The position numbers were made by a program, and so were the translations under genes. DNA of 64,000 nucleotides from Octopus vulgaris (lineage: Eukaryota): positions 38,750,001 through 38,814,000 of the forward strand of contig OX597819.1 in assembly GCA_951406725.2 (NCBI GenBank), in the 5' to 3' direction. The first letter of the stretch is position 1, and each line of letters starts with the position of its first letter. The notes below the pieces were generated by a model. It was not told the DNA's origin. It made no database searches and saw only the letters and a program-made list of their open reading frames with translations. Positions 1 to 13,575 of the stretch are shown here, piece after piece.

Positions 1-111
1 GAGCATAAAGATGGACAAAATGCTACTGAGCAGTTTGCTCAGCATGCTAAGGATTATGTCAATCTCACTACCTTGCTAGGATTACAAATAATATCAATTC
101 CTTTCACATTA

Positions 112-458
112 TCTTTATATATATAAATGGTAAAATGCCTGTGTGTGTGTCCTTTATACAAATCTACAATGTTTCAGTTAAAGGGCTCGCACTTTCTATG
201 ATCATTCAAAACCGTCCAAAGGTGGTTGTGCACATCTTTACATTTCCCCAGTCACCCTGCAAAGCCATTAAAATATCAATAGAAGTGAATTTTTTGTGAA
301 TTTTCTATCCAAAACCAAATCAAAATGCCTGAAACTTGATACACAAATTTAATGCCAGCTAGCTGTATGTGATTGGTTAGAGATTTGGACAGTACTTGCG
401 TGTATGTGCGCACACATGCAGCTGTATATGACCCAGCAACGCCGGGTCATAGTGCTAG
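112..458 (+). mobile_element. Non-autonomous Helitron, family H1 copy 1
   Basis: Starts A|TC, ends CTAG|T, subterminal hairpin GACCCAGC-AAC-GCCGGGTC, no TSD; homologous copies at 15974-16340 and 44974-45341. Confidence 0.8.
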
Positions 459-1071
459 TTTATAATAATTTCCATAAATTTCTTTTTTTCTCACCTAAAT
501 TTCAGTCTTAAATAAGAGACATATGCCTCACATTGACCAAGATGCTCTTCAACACTTACTTTCCATTTTTTCTAAATCAAAGATATTTTCCTTCATTCCT
601 AGACCATTCTTCTATAAATTCTTCAGGCCAGGACACATTTTGCTTCTAACATATCACTTAAATACTTCTCTTTTTGCCTGGTTTTGACTCATGTCTAACA
701 TCTGCTCTTGGCTCATACTGCTAGCTAAAGTTGAGCAGCTGTTATTGTTGTTGACATCTTTGTTATTAATTATCATTTAAGTTTGAATTTTCACCAATTT
801 TTTTCTTCCTTTAAGTTTCTAAAATTTAAACTTTGTTTTTATATCTATTACTTGTAATGGCTGACTGGCTATGGAGTTCCCTTTGTGACCATGTGGTTTT
901 GGGTTTAGTCCCAGGACGCAAAATCTTGGACAAGTGTATTTTACTTATTGCTCCAGGTCAAACAAATGTTATGAATAAATTTGGTAAACTGAAACTGTGT
1001 GGAAGTCTATCATACATACACACATACATACATATATTGTGTGCATGTGTAAACATATGTATGAGTGGATG

Positions 1072-1450
1072 TTGTCAAAGAAGCTTGAGAGGTGGTTGGA
1101 TGGAACTTACACTCACCTCCTTATGAGAGCTCAAAATCTCTCGTGGAAGCGTCATCCAACCAAAATCCAAATATATGGGAAACTACCACCTGTATCATCT
1201 GTTGTGAAAGGTAGAAGAGTCCAGTTTGCTGGACATTGTTGTAGAGCTGAAAACGAAGTCATTTCTACTCTTCTCCTCTGGAAGCCATCTGCTCGCGATA
1301 CCAGAGGACGCACACTCTCCTACCCTGATGTAATCTCCATGGATACAGGCATCCAGCAACAGGACCTCCGTAATGTTATGATGGACCATGAAGTCTGGCG
1401 TAACATAGTAAATTCCATTGTCTCAACCACGGTCGAACAATGATGATGAT
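1072..1450 (+). mobile_element. RTE-clade LINE 3' fragment
   Basis: ORF 997-1443 C-terminus (RRVQFAGHCCR..LLLWKP..GRTLSYPDVI..DTG) resembles the RTE ORF end; (TGA)n tail follows the stop. Confidence 0.75.
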
Positions 1451-1453
1451 GGG

Positions 1454-3710
1454 CACTCCAACTATTGATCAATGATGTGCCATCCATGGGTTAAACACTG
1501 ACCAGCAATGGCTCACAAATACTTTAATCGTTGATCAAAGACATTCAGTCAATGGAATGGAGATAATTTATCCAAAGATCAGAGATAATTTATCCAAAGA
1601 TCAGAGATATCTTAACCATTGATTAAAGATACTCCAGTCATGGATCAATGGCTTTGTGTCCCATTCTCACTATTTGACAACTAGTGTTTGTTTGTTTACA
1701 TCCCCATAAATTAGCAGTTTGGCAGAATAGAGAGAAAGAGATACAATAAGTACCAAACTGGAAAAGTAAATACTGGGTAGATAGTGGCCTCAACATGACC
1801 ACTGTCCAATGACTGAAGCAAGTAAAAAACAATTTGGGTGGGAGTGCCATAATCACGGTTACCATTATAATATCTCCTCCCACTTCTACAGTGATGACTA
1901 TATTGAACAAAAACAACAACAAAAAAAAACAAAGCAAAATGGATATTTGCAGAAAAAATGTCTTATTATGATTCTTCTTTTCTAGCTCAGGTAACTGGGT
2001 GAGCATTTAAATATTGTAAAAAAGAACAGAAAATACTTTTCCACCAAGTTATCTAAAGATAACTTAGTAGAAAGAAATTGCCTTTAAGTGAAGTTCTGTG
2101 AAACATGATCATTCACAGTAAACACTTATAGTAATCACAACAAAAGCAACAAAAATGTCATAATAATCTTTTCTACTCTAGGCACAAGGCCTGAAATTTG
2201 GGGGGAGGGGGTTAGTCAATTAGATTGACCCCAGTATGCAGCTGGTACTTAATTTATCAACTCTGAAAGGATGAAAGGCAAAGTCGACCTTGGCAGAATT
2301 TGAACTCAGAACGTAAAGACAGACGAAATACTGCTAAGCATTTTACCTGGCATGCTAATATTTCTGCTAGCTCGCTGCCTTAACAATGCAATAATAATAA
2401 TAAGAAGACAAAAGAAGAAAAGGATGGGAAATTACAGTATATTTTAGAATAATTATTAATTTAAATTAGAAAGATGATATGAAGATAACTAGAAGATAGT
2501 TCCATATTTAGAAATGTAGTGGCAGCTGTTGTGTTATTCCCAATGACATACAGGAAGTAAAAGTGAACTGAAGCCCATTCAACAGAAACATAACCTTCAT
2601 TTTGATCTCTCAGTTCATGGAGATCCTGCTATATCAGCAGCGGCAGTTCAATTTTGACTCTCCAGTTATGGATCAAGGTTGCTCCTCCCCATTTATCCTG
2701 TTGATCTAGGATAAATCATTCATGGATCATAGACATTCCAACCAGGAATCAAAGACACTCAGTCAATGAATGAAAGACACTTCAGTCATGCATCAGAGAT
2801 ACTTTGGAATGCCATTGATCCATGGCTAGAGTGTCTTCAATCAATGGTTAAGATATTTCTGATCTTTGGATAAATTATCTCCACTCCATTGACTGAATGT
2901 CTTTGATCAACGATTAAAGTATTTGTGAGCCATTGCTGGTCAGTGTTTAACCCATGGATGACACATCATTGATCAATAGTTGGAGTGTTCACTGCTTGAA
3001 TCTCTATAAGAATGGCAGAAATATTGCAACTCCTTTTCTAAATATCTTCATAATATCTACATTCTGACTGACATTATTGCTATATATCAAATTTACTCAA
3101 TCCATGAGTTAATGATGTTCTAGCCATGGATGAAAAAGTACTCTTGCTACAGGTCAATGATACTCTAAACATGAAACAAAGTCACTCCAGCTATGGATCA
3201 AAATCACTTGAGTTATGGATCAGTGACATTCCATTCATAGATCATTCTCACCAAGGATTAAAAGACACTTTCGCTATAGATCAATGACACTCTAGAATGG
3301 ACCGAAGACAATCCAACTATGGATCAAAGTCACTTAAGCTATGGATCAAAGAAACTCTGACCATGGATCAATGGCAATAATCAGGGACATTCAAACTGTG
3401 GATTGAATGATATGGCTTGATACTCTAGCCATTGACAAAAGACAGTTCAGCTGTGGACCAAAGTTAAGTCATAGATAAAAGATACTCAAGTCATGGATCA
3501 AAAACATTCTAACAATGGATCAAAAACAATTTAACACTGGATCAAAATGTTTCTAACCATATTTTGAAAATACTTCAACTTAGCATGAAAGCATGAAAGA
3601 CACTTTAGCCTTGGAACAAACTCATGGTTCAAAGACACCCCTGCCATAGTTGATGGACACACTAGCCATGATTCAAAGACATCCAATCTATGGATCAAGG
3701 ACACCCCATC
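1454..3710. repeat. Degenerate ~21-22 bp minisatellite (GATCAAAGACACTCCAGCCATG-like) with an internal inverted block, interrupted by SINEs
   Basis: Recurrent ATGGATCAA..GACAC motif at 1454-1652 and 2620-3710; 2811-2987 is the reverse complement of 1454-1652. Confidence 0.7.
2167..2381 (-). mobile_element. tRNA-derived SINE family A
   Basis: Head AGGCGGCGAGCTGGCAGAA, B-box GAGTTCAAATT, core GCCTTTCATCCTTTC..GTCGATAAATTAAGTACCAG; more than 10 copies in the window. Confidence 0.85.
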
Positions 3711-4847
3711 TGTAACCACCCTGTTTTTGTTTTGCTCAGGGGATATGAGACCACATCATCTAATTAGGTTTTTCCTATTCACAGCAGTAGATAAGGTGTG
3801 ATTTGAGAGAAATGTTGGCAGTCATTTCTAGAATGTCAACAGACCATGTAGAAGCTCCCTCACTGGCACCGTTACATGCGCATGAATGCTACAAACAAAA
3901 CAAAGTGTAGCAACAGGAATGAAAGCTTTTGGATGCAAAAGATTCAGAAAATATTAATAAAAAATAAATAAATAAATAATAAGTTATGTATAAACAATAT
4001 GAATAAAAAAAGTAAAAGTAATAAAATATAAAAAGAAAATCAAAGACAGCAGGTGAGATGAAAGAAAATCAGTCTGAATGGATGATAAAAGATGAACAAG
4101 GTCCAATTGATAGCGAACAATGAGTGTTAGGAAATAAAATGTAAAATTTTGGAAATAATATAATACTTGTTGCCTGGCAACATGCTGCCACACTTGGTTC
4201 AACAAATATTGATTGGAAAACAGGCATTGAAAGGATAAGCAGTAGTTTTAGCTTATTGCAGAAAAAGGTAATTTACCAGACATACATACATACACATATG
4301 CACGTAGATGTGCGTGTGTGCATGCACACACACACACATTGCATACACATGTTTCTGTACACTTACTTATACATTTATATGTATGCACATAAAAATATAT
4401 ATATTTATATAAATATATATATATGTGTGTGTGTGTGTGTAAGTGTGTGTTTGTTTGCTTGTTCTTTTCAGTTTTTAATTATTTAAATTCTTCCTTTGAA
4501 GAAGAAGCTGGTTTCTAACAAAGATACAAAGCTCCATCATTGGATTGTAAATAACAAAAACAATGTCACATTTTAAACCTGAGAAAAATCTTACATAGTT
4601 TCACTGTTCTGCTTACAGATTGTATTTGTAATGTGTGAGTCTGTTGGTTTCTTTTTATGAAAATCCAAGCTTATCCAGACTGACAGGTATTTACTTACAA
4701 AGCAAGTGCACCAATTATCATTGGTATGAATGTAAATTTATAATCAGGAAACAAAAGCTTGAAGTTTCAAAGCAGTTGACCATATTTATCTTCTTTCTCT
4801 TTATATGTAAGTATACAAGCATGTATGTATGTATGTATGTACATACA

Positions 4848-5242
4848 TCATCATCATGGCTCGGCTTCACAAACGAAGATCAGGAAGGCCGTCCACGTTG
4901 TGCATGCATGCATGCTCATGACTGACAAGTCCGATATGGGAAAGGCAGATCAGTGAGCAGTGTCCACAGACGAAGGTAACATCCGATGTGGTGTCAGAGG
5001 CGGCTCGCGCCTTCCTCCTGCATCTCTTGTCTTTAAGTGTGTCTCTTCTTTGTTCCTCAAACTTGCTGACTGCGTTGAAGATTGTGTGGTGCCAGACATC
5101 ACGGTCCGCAGCCAAGTCTGACCAGCATTGGTGGTTAATATGACATGCTGTTAGAGACTTCTTGAGGCAGTCTTTGTAGCGCTTTCTCAGAGTTCCTCTC
5201 ACACGGTAGCCAGTGGAGAGTTCGCCAAACAGGGCAATCTTT
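4848..5242 (-). mobile_element. RTE (BovB-like) LINE 3' fragment with C-terminal zinc finger
   Basis: ORF 4867-5202 (KRYKDCLKKSL..W..LAADR..W..CGHC..ICLSHIGLVSH); (TGA)n tail. Confidence 0.8.
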
Positions 5243-6380
5243 CGATATACATATGTATATTTCTATATAATCACATATACATAAACATAATATATATAAG
5301 CATATGTATATGTTGTATGTATACGTATATATGTATAAACACAAACACAATGCACAAAGAAGCGTCTTTCAGTTTACATCTACCAAATTCACTCAGCTAT
5401 AGCTAAGTCTTAGATATTTTGATCTGCCAGTAACAAGGTAAGACAACTGCTGTGCTGATGACATCTACTGAGGCATAAACACATGACCCCCCACCCCTGC
5501 TATCCACTTTTCTCCAGACAAACTCTCTTTTTGTTAATGGCATGTCATTGTTTGAAAATTTCTTGAGATTATCTCCCCTTCTCATTTGAAGCTGGTCCCC
5601 AATTACCACCAGGAAATTGTTTTACCACCTCTTGAAGCAGACATATTTTCAAGAAATCAAAACATGATATAGTATAGTATTTAATGCAACCATATTACTC
5701 TTTGGTGAACAAATACATGACACTGGTTATTCTAAGATATTTCCCTTAATTAATTTCATAAATATATATATACATTACATTTGTTTGCATGCATGTAGGT
5801 ATGTATATGAGTATGTATGTATATATACATGTGTTTGTGCATGTGTGATGCATGCAAAATAATAGGAAAAATGCTTCTCAAGCATACTTGCATAAAGTAA
5901 ATATGGATATATCTATAAGTAAGTACTAGTGCTAACATGCTACCTTGAAGGTAGTGCCTTGACAGCAGCTTGGCAGTGACAATGGCTTTTATACAGAGAT
6001 CATTTAGTGCATTTAGTATGTATTTTGTTTTTACTTCTTGGCTGGTTTACTCAATAATTAGCTCTGGGTTATCCTTATTCAGCTTACTTATGACTGAAGG
6101 CATTCATTATATGATTGTCCTATGCTCGACCCAAGCTCTGCATATTGAAAGTCATATCATTCAAAGTACTCTTTTTCCTCAAGATGATTGAGAGTCAATG
6201 CATATTTCTACATATATCTGTGCATGCTTCAATGCATGTTAGTATATGTAAGTGAGCATGCATCTATGTATGTTTATATGTATATTTGTAAATGTGTGTA
6301 TGCAGTGGTGTGTGTTTGTATGTATATAATATATAGTAGATTTGTATATGTATGAGTGTATGCATCTGTGTTTGTATATA

Positions 6381-6688
6381 TCATCATCATTTAGCGTCCG
6401 CTTTCCATGCTAACATGGGTTGGACGGTTCAACTGGGGTCTGGGAAGCCAGAAGGATGCACCAGGCCAAGTCTGATCTGGCAGTGTTTCTACAGATGGAT
6501 GCCCTTCCTAATGCCAACCACTTCGTTAGTGTAGTGGGTGCTTTTTACGTGCCACCGGCACAGGTGAAAGACGAGGCTGGCAACAGCCATGATCGGATGG
6601 TGCTTTTTACGTGCCACCGGCACGGAGGCCAGACAAGGCTGGCAACGGCAACGATCGGATGGTGCTTTTTACGTGCCGCTGGCAACGA
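6381..6688 (-). mobile_element. Repeat family B (RTE 3'UTR-derived) with internal ~45-bp VNTR
   Basis: (GAT)n tail, GGAAGGGCATCCAGCTGTAGAAAC motif, tandem GTGCCGGTGGCACGTAAAAAGCACC units. Confidence 0.8.
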
Positions 6689-7345
6689 TGTTTGCATACA
6701 TATGTATGTATACATGCATATTCCATTTCTTATTGGAGTCTTTGGGTCTATTCTGACCTGTCCCTTACAAACTGACAAGGTTATAAAGAAAAACTATTTT
6801 TAAAAAATGGGGGCATGAGCCTAACCTTTCTCTTATCCTTTGCATAAAGAAGTCATCCATTTATGAAGAGCTTTGCTGATTTTAGATAGTATTTTACATC
6901 TAGGACATACTACATACAAACAATTGGTAAACTGTTGCTATGAGCTTAAAAGTAAACATTATTTTCAATCTTGCTACTAGTTTTGTTTCATTTTGAAAAA
7001 TTTAAATTTATTTTATGGTTTATTATTGTTTATATTTTAAACTGCATATATATATGGGGGGCACCAAAATCTTTGAAGAGTTTAGGGCCTCTATGGGTCT
7101 TAATCTGGCCCTGATTGCAGGTATGTAATCTGAAAATTGATCCCACTATGCAAAACCTTAGATAATGATCTTTTACCATGTCTTCTTTTGACCAATATAT
7201 TTTTGAGTGGAATTTGGCAGACAGAAATATGTTTAAATTTTTCACCAAAATAAATTATTTATTTGACACCGAAAAATGTGGAAAGAGTTGACTATGAGAT
7301 TTAGGACATTGTCCCTTTTTTTTGCACTTGGATGAAGAAGAAAGT

Positions 7346-7381
7346 CTTTTACATTTCGAGCCTATGCTCTTCAACAGAAAG
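7346..7381 (-). ncRNA. Degenerate minimal hammerhead ribozyme-like motif
   Basis: Minus strand reads CTTT-CTGTTGAA-GAGC ATAG GCTC-GAAA-TGTA-AAAG; the core has A6>U. Confidence 0.4.
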
Positions 7382-7904
7382 GAACATGAGTAAATGAACA
7401 GAGAGAGAATAAAAAAAGCTTTTGGATCTAGCGGTCAATCATGGTGACACACATACTTACATTCATATATGTATATCCATAGATATAAATATGTATATAC
7501 ACACACACAAACACACATATATATACACATATATATTATAGTAATGATAGGATTTAATTTCAGTTATACAAGTTTCCCAAGACATTTCCAGAGGCTCATT
7601 TTTAAATTTTATTTTTGCTTTTCTTTAATATTCCATTCTTATATAATATAAGCAATACCCCTAATGCATTACATAATGTTCTTTGGTCTTGTGTCACTGA
7701 ATATCAAATTAAAATATCACATCTCTTACATATATATAATATACACACATATATTTACAGACATAAGTAACTATTTGGACTTGGGGTATAAATCTATTAG
7801 TATGTCAATTAAAGCACATTTACCATTTGGACTACCTGATGTCACCAACATTTACGATATAATTTTCACTGGTTCTACATAAAAAAATCCACAGTGTTTG
7901 TGAG

Positions 7905-8666
7905 TTTATAATTAATGAAGGAGATGGAAGATGGATTTAGTACAAATCTTGGATCTTTTCGGTTTGAACGGCAGTTTTTTCTAGCGGTGTCATATGAAAT
8001 TGTCACCCATAATTATGACTCTAGTATTGATCTATTGCATTTCAATCTGTTTTAGGTTTAGGGTTAGTTAGGGTTGGTTAGGGTTAGGGTTAGGGGGAAG
8101 GGTATCTTTTTTTCTTCAGAAATGTAAATAAACCCTATCTGTTTCTTAAATGAGGGACATATTCATACTGCACAGAATGTTTTTTTACCTCAATAGACAG
8201 TCATTGATTGGTTGAAATTGCAGAAATTGAAGAAAAACAACAACAAATATCTTACAAACTATAGAATTTTCTCAATAAAGCCAAGAGAAAAAGATGTTTT
8301 ATACCAGTATATGAAGTTTAAAAGTGTTTAGTTACGTGGAAATTATTTTAAAAAACTGCCGTTCAAACCGAAAAGATCCCAAATCTTTACTCAGCACGAT
8401 GATTGTTTCAATCTATCCTGCAGCTGTCCCTTAGGGGTAGGATATTGTGCATCTAGTTGTGTTGCATCAGTAAGTGCAGATTGTGTCATTTCAGGTGTTT
8501 GGTGTAAAAAAAAAGATATCCCACTAGATATACTGAGTTCGCGTTAGCATGTTGTTTTTGCTCATTGTATGTGGGTAATGCACAGTAACCTACCCCTGAG
8601 GGACAGCTGCAGGATGACTCAAAATGATTCATACTGAATCCATCTTCTATTTCTTTCATCACTTAT
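7905..8666. repeat. Older foldback element with its left arm interrupted by the MITE
   Basis: ATCCTGCAGCTGTCCCTTAGGGGTAGG (~8415) pairs with CCTACCCCTGAGGGACAGCTGCAGGAT (~8589); GAAGATGGATTTAGTA (~7927) pairs with TACTGAATCCATCTTC (~8632). Confidence 0.6.
7951..8379. mobile_element. MITE with 29-bp TIRs and 8-bp TSD, carrying internal (TTAGGG)n
   Basis: TIR GGATCTTTTCGGTTTGAACGGCAGTTTTT at both ends; TSD CAAATCTT at 7943-7950 and 8380-8387; second copy at 53818-54247. Confidence 0.9.
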
Positions 8667-8759
8667 CGTATTAACAGACATCTATACATATATATACGCA
8701 CACATGTATATGTAAAAGGTTTTTTCTCTGAGTGAAGGGAAGATTATATGATATTTGCA

Positions 8760-8986
8760 GGCAAGCTGGCAGAAACGTTAGCACGCCCAGCGAAATGCGT
8801 AGCTGTATTTCTTCTATCGTTACGTTCCGAGTTCAAATTCCGCCGAGGTCGACTTTGCCTTTCATCCTTTCAGGGTCGATAATTTAAGTACCAGTTACAC
8901 ACTGGGGTTGATGTAATCGACTTAATCCCTTTGTCTGTCCTTGTTTGTCCCCTCTGTGTTTAGCCCCTTGTGGGTAGTAAAGAAAT
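8760..8986 (+). mobile_element. SINE family A (tail type ii)
   Basis: Family A head and core; tail CCCCTCTGTGTTTAGCCCCTTGTGGGTAGTAAAGAAAT. Confidence 0.85.
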
Positions 8987-9679
8987 ATATATGATATTTG
9001 CAGGCTAAATGCAATATTATATTGTAGTAAGACATGGGCACTGAACGTGGAGGATGTGGAAAGGTATGAAAGAAATGAAGGAAGCAAGTTCCACTGGATG
9101 TGTAAAGTCAGTATGCACGAATGATGTAACACAGGTTATCTGAGCTGAGAGGAAATATGTGCATTAGAGGAATTAGCCATTGTATGCAGGAGAATAGATA
9201 GCTTTGGTACAACTTTTGATGTGTTTAAAGAATGACAGATGGGTATTGAAGTGTCATATTATCTCATTTGAAAGAGTTTGTGGATTAAGACATGTGAAGA
9301 AACAGTGAAAGTTGATCTTAGCATGCCAGAATTCATAAAAAAAAGTTGACAAGAAATCACAAGTGGTCAGATTTTGTCATGGAGTAAACTTAGGGAATCA
9401 TTTACCAGCAAGACAAGTGGATGTAAAATAATAAAGATGATGACAACCAAAGTATGTAGTTGTAAATGTGTTATGTACACACTCACAAATGTACACATGC
9501 ACACATAAACACACACACAAAAAAAATAAAGACAAAAAACTGTATTTAATAAAGAGTTGCAGTGGCTTAATTTAATATTGGCAAAACAGGTTAAAAATAA
9601 GAGTTTACTATCCTAACACTGGTGCTGTACTACTTTTAAAGTCCATGAATATTTTGAGTCTTAGTGAGAGGATCCATTT

Positions 9680-10147
9680 TGGTGCCACGGCTTCCGTGCC
9701 AGTGGCACTTAAAAGTGCACCATTTGAGCGTGATCGTTACCAGCGTTGCACTACTGGCACTTGAGCCCCGTGCTAGTAGGGTATTAAGAGCACCATCCAA
9801 GCGTAATTGTTGCCAGAGCAGCTATCTGGCCTCCGTGCCGGTGGCACGTAAAAAAAACACTATTTGAGCGGGATCGTTACCAGCATCGCCTTACTGGCAC
9901 CTGCGCCGGTGGCATGTGTAAAAGATTTGAGCGAGGTCGTTGCCAGTGCCACCTGATTGGCCCTGTGACGGTGGCATGTAAAAGCACCCACTACACTCTC
10001 AGAGTGGTTGGCATTAGGAAGGGCATACAGCTGTAGAAATTCTGCAAGATCAAGACTGAAGCCTGGTGCAACCTTCTGGTTTGCCAGCCCTCAGTCATAC
10101 GTCCAATCCATGCTAGCATGGAAAGTGGGCGTTAAACGATGATGATG
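9680..10147 (+). mobile_element. Repeat family B with expanded VNTR
   Basis: About five GTGCCGGTGGCACGTAAAA units, then the family B 3' end and (GAT)n tail. Confidence 0.8.
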
Positions 10148-13100
10148 AGTAAAGTCCCATTAATCCATTATCTAACAGTTTGACAAAATCAATTGTCCAG
10201 CACTTTTTGTTGTGCTTCATTCAATCTTTTGATTTTTCCCACATGCCATTGCTGGCTTCTGATGTCCATTAGTTCCATTCTCGTTTAAAAGAATTGTGGT
10301 TAGCTCCCAAAGGTTTTGTATCTGCATTTATCTCCTCATATATCATCCACTCCATTAGTGGCGAAAATATTGTGCAATGTCAATAAGACAAATCAGTTTG
10401 GGAAAGGTGTGTAAAGAATGCTAATATCTTTCATATTGTAAACTTGAATTGATATAGCATTTGAAAAGAGATGAAAACTAGAACACTTTGTGCATGAATA
10501 TAACATAGGTTCTTCAACAAATTATGACATTAAGAAACAAAGGGACAAGTTAATGAAATTTACGGCTGACTTAGATGCAAGTAAATGTGCAACAAATTTT
10601 ATAAAAAAAAAACTTTCAGAATTAGACAATATCATTTAAGTGCTCAATTGCAAGATCTGAGTGTGATATTTTATGGTTCAATGATCATTGAAAATATCAA
10701 GCAATTACACAAAGATATTGCATAGATCTGAGTGCTTAAAACTGGGTGATTTAGAAACTTTAGGCTTTCAGAAACTTAATTTGTCTGGTGAAAAGAAGCT
10801 GGCAGATATTGATGCTGCTGAAGAATATAATTATAAATTTGGTGGCCTCATTAAAGAGACATAATTTTGTGGGGTTTTTTTCAAGCCAAGTTCTATTAAA
10901 CCAGTATATTTGATAATTTTGGTATTATCTAAGTTTCAAGGAGGCCAGATTATTTGAACTGTACAGTAACTATTTCATGCATTGAAGTGAAGAGATGTGT
11001 AACTTTAACTCTTTCACTGCAAAATTAAATTTCATGGGTTATTTCTTGTATTGATGTTGGATTTCTAACAAAAAAAAAAAAAAAAAATAGAATTGATATT
11101 TTCCATAAGTCATGCTGTCTTAATAAACTTGGCGTATTTCAAAAGAAAATAGTTTTAAACATGTTCTTCAGGAAAAGAAATATTGGTATATAAAACTGCT
11201 TTCTCCAGTAAAATGGTTTCAGTTATAGCTTGTACTGATCTCAAATCTGTCCATGGATGAAGCCTGTGGAGGCTTGGTTCTACAGTAATCTGACTTACAA
11301 TACATACACTGCAGCAAGATGTTTTTTTACAATGATCCAGAATCTAGTAGTTTTTTTGAATACATATGTATAGCTTGCATAAATGTTGCACTTGTTGTTT
11401 AGCCTCAAGGTTAACCCTAACCCTGCAGACCTATGATCGAATGCATTCTTCTTTCAGACATAATGTAATGTAGATTACATTATGTAATGGATCTTTGTTT
11501 TTAATATGGTAGGTTGTAATTTGATGGAAATCTGATTCCTACTTCTGGCAGCTGAGTGTTGAAACTCACTGTATGCATATGAATAAACATACACACATGC
11601 ATGCCTGTATCCACATACATACACATATGTGCACTCATGCACATACCTGTACACACACAAATCTTCAGACACAGAAACATGGATGCATGCACATATGCAC
11701 ATGCATGCACACAACACATCTGACACACAGAAACAAATACATGCATACAGAAACACATGTGCATATATATACATACACACACAGAGCACAAGATCAAACC
11801 AGATCAAATGAAATAGAAGACTTGCTAAACTTTTTGATATTCCTTCTTGATGTTTGTTTTTATTGAAATTAAATCATTTATCATATTAAAATTATATTTA
11901 AAAAAAAAATAGAATTAAATTAGTTGAATGTTTATTCATAACCAAAGTTTAATAATTAAAGCTTCAGGCATGATTATCTTGCATTCTTGTTAATCATCTT
12001 ACTGCCAGTAGGAATTTTTTAATGAAGCAATCTCTAATTTCAACCATTCTATAAAATAAAAATTACTTGCTGTTACAAGATCTGCCATACAGCTTTGGCT
12101 TAAACGATTCTGCCATAAATATTCTATAGAGTTCAAATATGAGGATTGTCCAGGTTAAGACAAAATATAATTTTTAATGATCTCAGAAAAATATATTTAT
12201 TAAATTGGGAGAATGGAAAAGAATGTCAGACTTTATTGTGTCAGAATTGGTGAAATAAGAGATGAAGAGGCTTTTGCAAAAATTCTTTGTTTATGATACT
12301 GTAATGGAGTGACATTTTCAATGTAGAAAAAGTGTGGTTGAATACCTTGACTAGGAAATGTCCTCTTCACATCTTTAAACTGCCAACTTGAGCAATTCGA
12401 GTCATTAACAGAGCCTGTGTGTAGTTACTTAAATTGTTAAAAGTAGCAATCAAATTTCCTTGAAAACACCCTACCATCTTTAAGAAATTAAGGACACGTT
12501 GAACAATGCAGGCTTTGCTGTATAAAAAAAAATTGTATATACACAGCTGAAACACTTTTGGTCATAAGTTTGCTTGGAAACAAGTAAGGGCTGCTGACAG
12601 GAAGGACATCTGACCATAGAAAAATTTGTTTTGCTAAATTCTGTCCAACACCCTTGGAAGAATGGGAAAGTGGACATGATGATGATGATTTTCATGCTGT
12701 CATGCAAATAGTTGGGTCGTCATAGGCTGAGTCAGTTCTTATTTGGAGTTACTACTCTCCTAGATGCATCAAGGGACCCATATCTAATTCTTGTGTTTCA
12801 TGTGCTACAAATGAATGATGAGCAGAAAAGTGTTGTATACTGACAGTCTGAAGAGAAATATTATGGGAAAACATGTGAAGAAGTAGTGAGCTCGAATCTC
12901 AGGAAGTAAAAGTCTCACAGTTGACTTAACAAAATAAACAGAGATATACTGTAAACAGACGTCCATTCCATCAATACCTGTACAGAATAACAAACACTAA
13001 AAATGGGAAATGTATTCTAAATAAATAAACCTAATTTTCTGGAAACAAACTTGAAAAATTTTCTGATCATAAAACTGTGATACATGTTGACAGTGTTTAT

Positions 13101-13575
13101 TGGGGCCTTGGAAATAAATGGAAGAATGGCTCTTAGTAAATATGGTGTAATGGGTTTTCACACCTGGTTGACTACCGAGGGAAGTGTGTTTTGTTTCCAA
13201 CAGGATGTACTGGTTTGTTTTCTATATTAATTCATATTACTATCATCTGTTTGTTTATGCTTGAGTTGTGTAGCCAACACCACACTGCATTATAATATTC
13301 TAGCTTAATATAATTCACACATCACCATTACTGCCACTGCCACGACCACCACCACTACCACAACAGCAACAATCATCACAACCGCTATTATCATCATTGC
13401 TTTACTTTCAATTTTCATTTATAGTATAGCATTATTAATTGCACATATGACAGCTGTTTGCACAATTTCCATCTACCAAGTTCATATGGCAGGAAAGAGT
13501 CACATCAGATTCTATGTGGTAGTAGGATCAAATCTAGCATGACCCTATTATGACATAGGGATTCTGAAGCTTCCA

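Noticed and set aside
8052-8095. Telomere or chromosome fusion site
   Set aside because: The short TTAGGG run is internal to a two-copy MITE
10300-10960. Possible decayed transposase coding region
   Set aside because: Multiple stops and no motif I can assign with confidence
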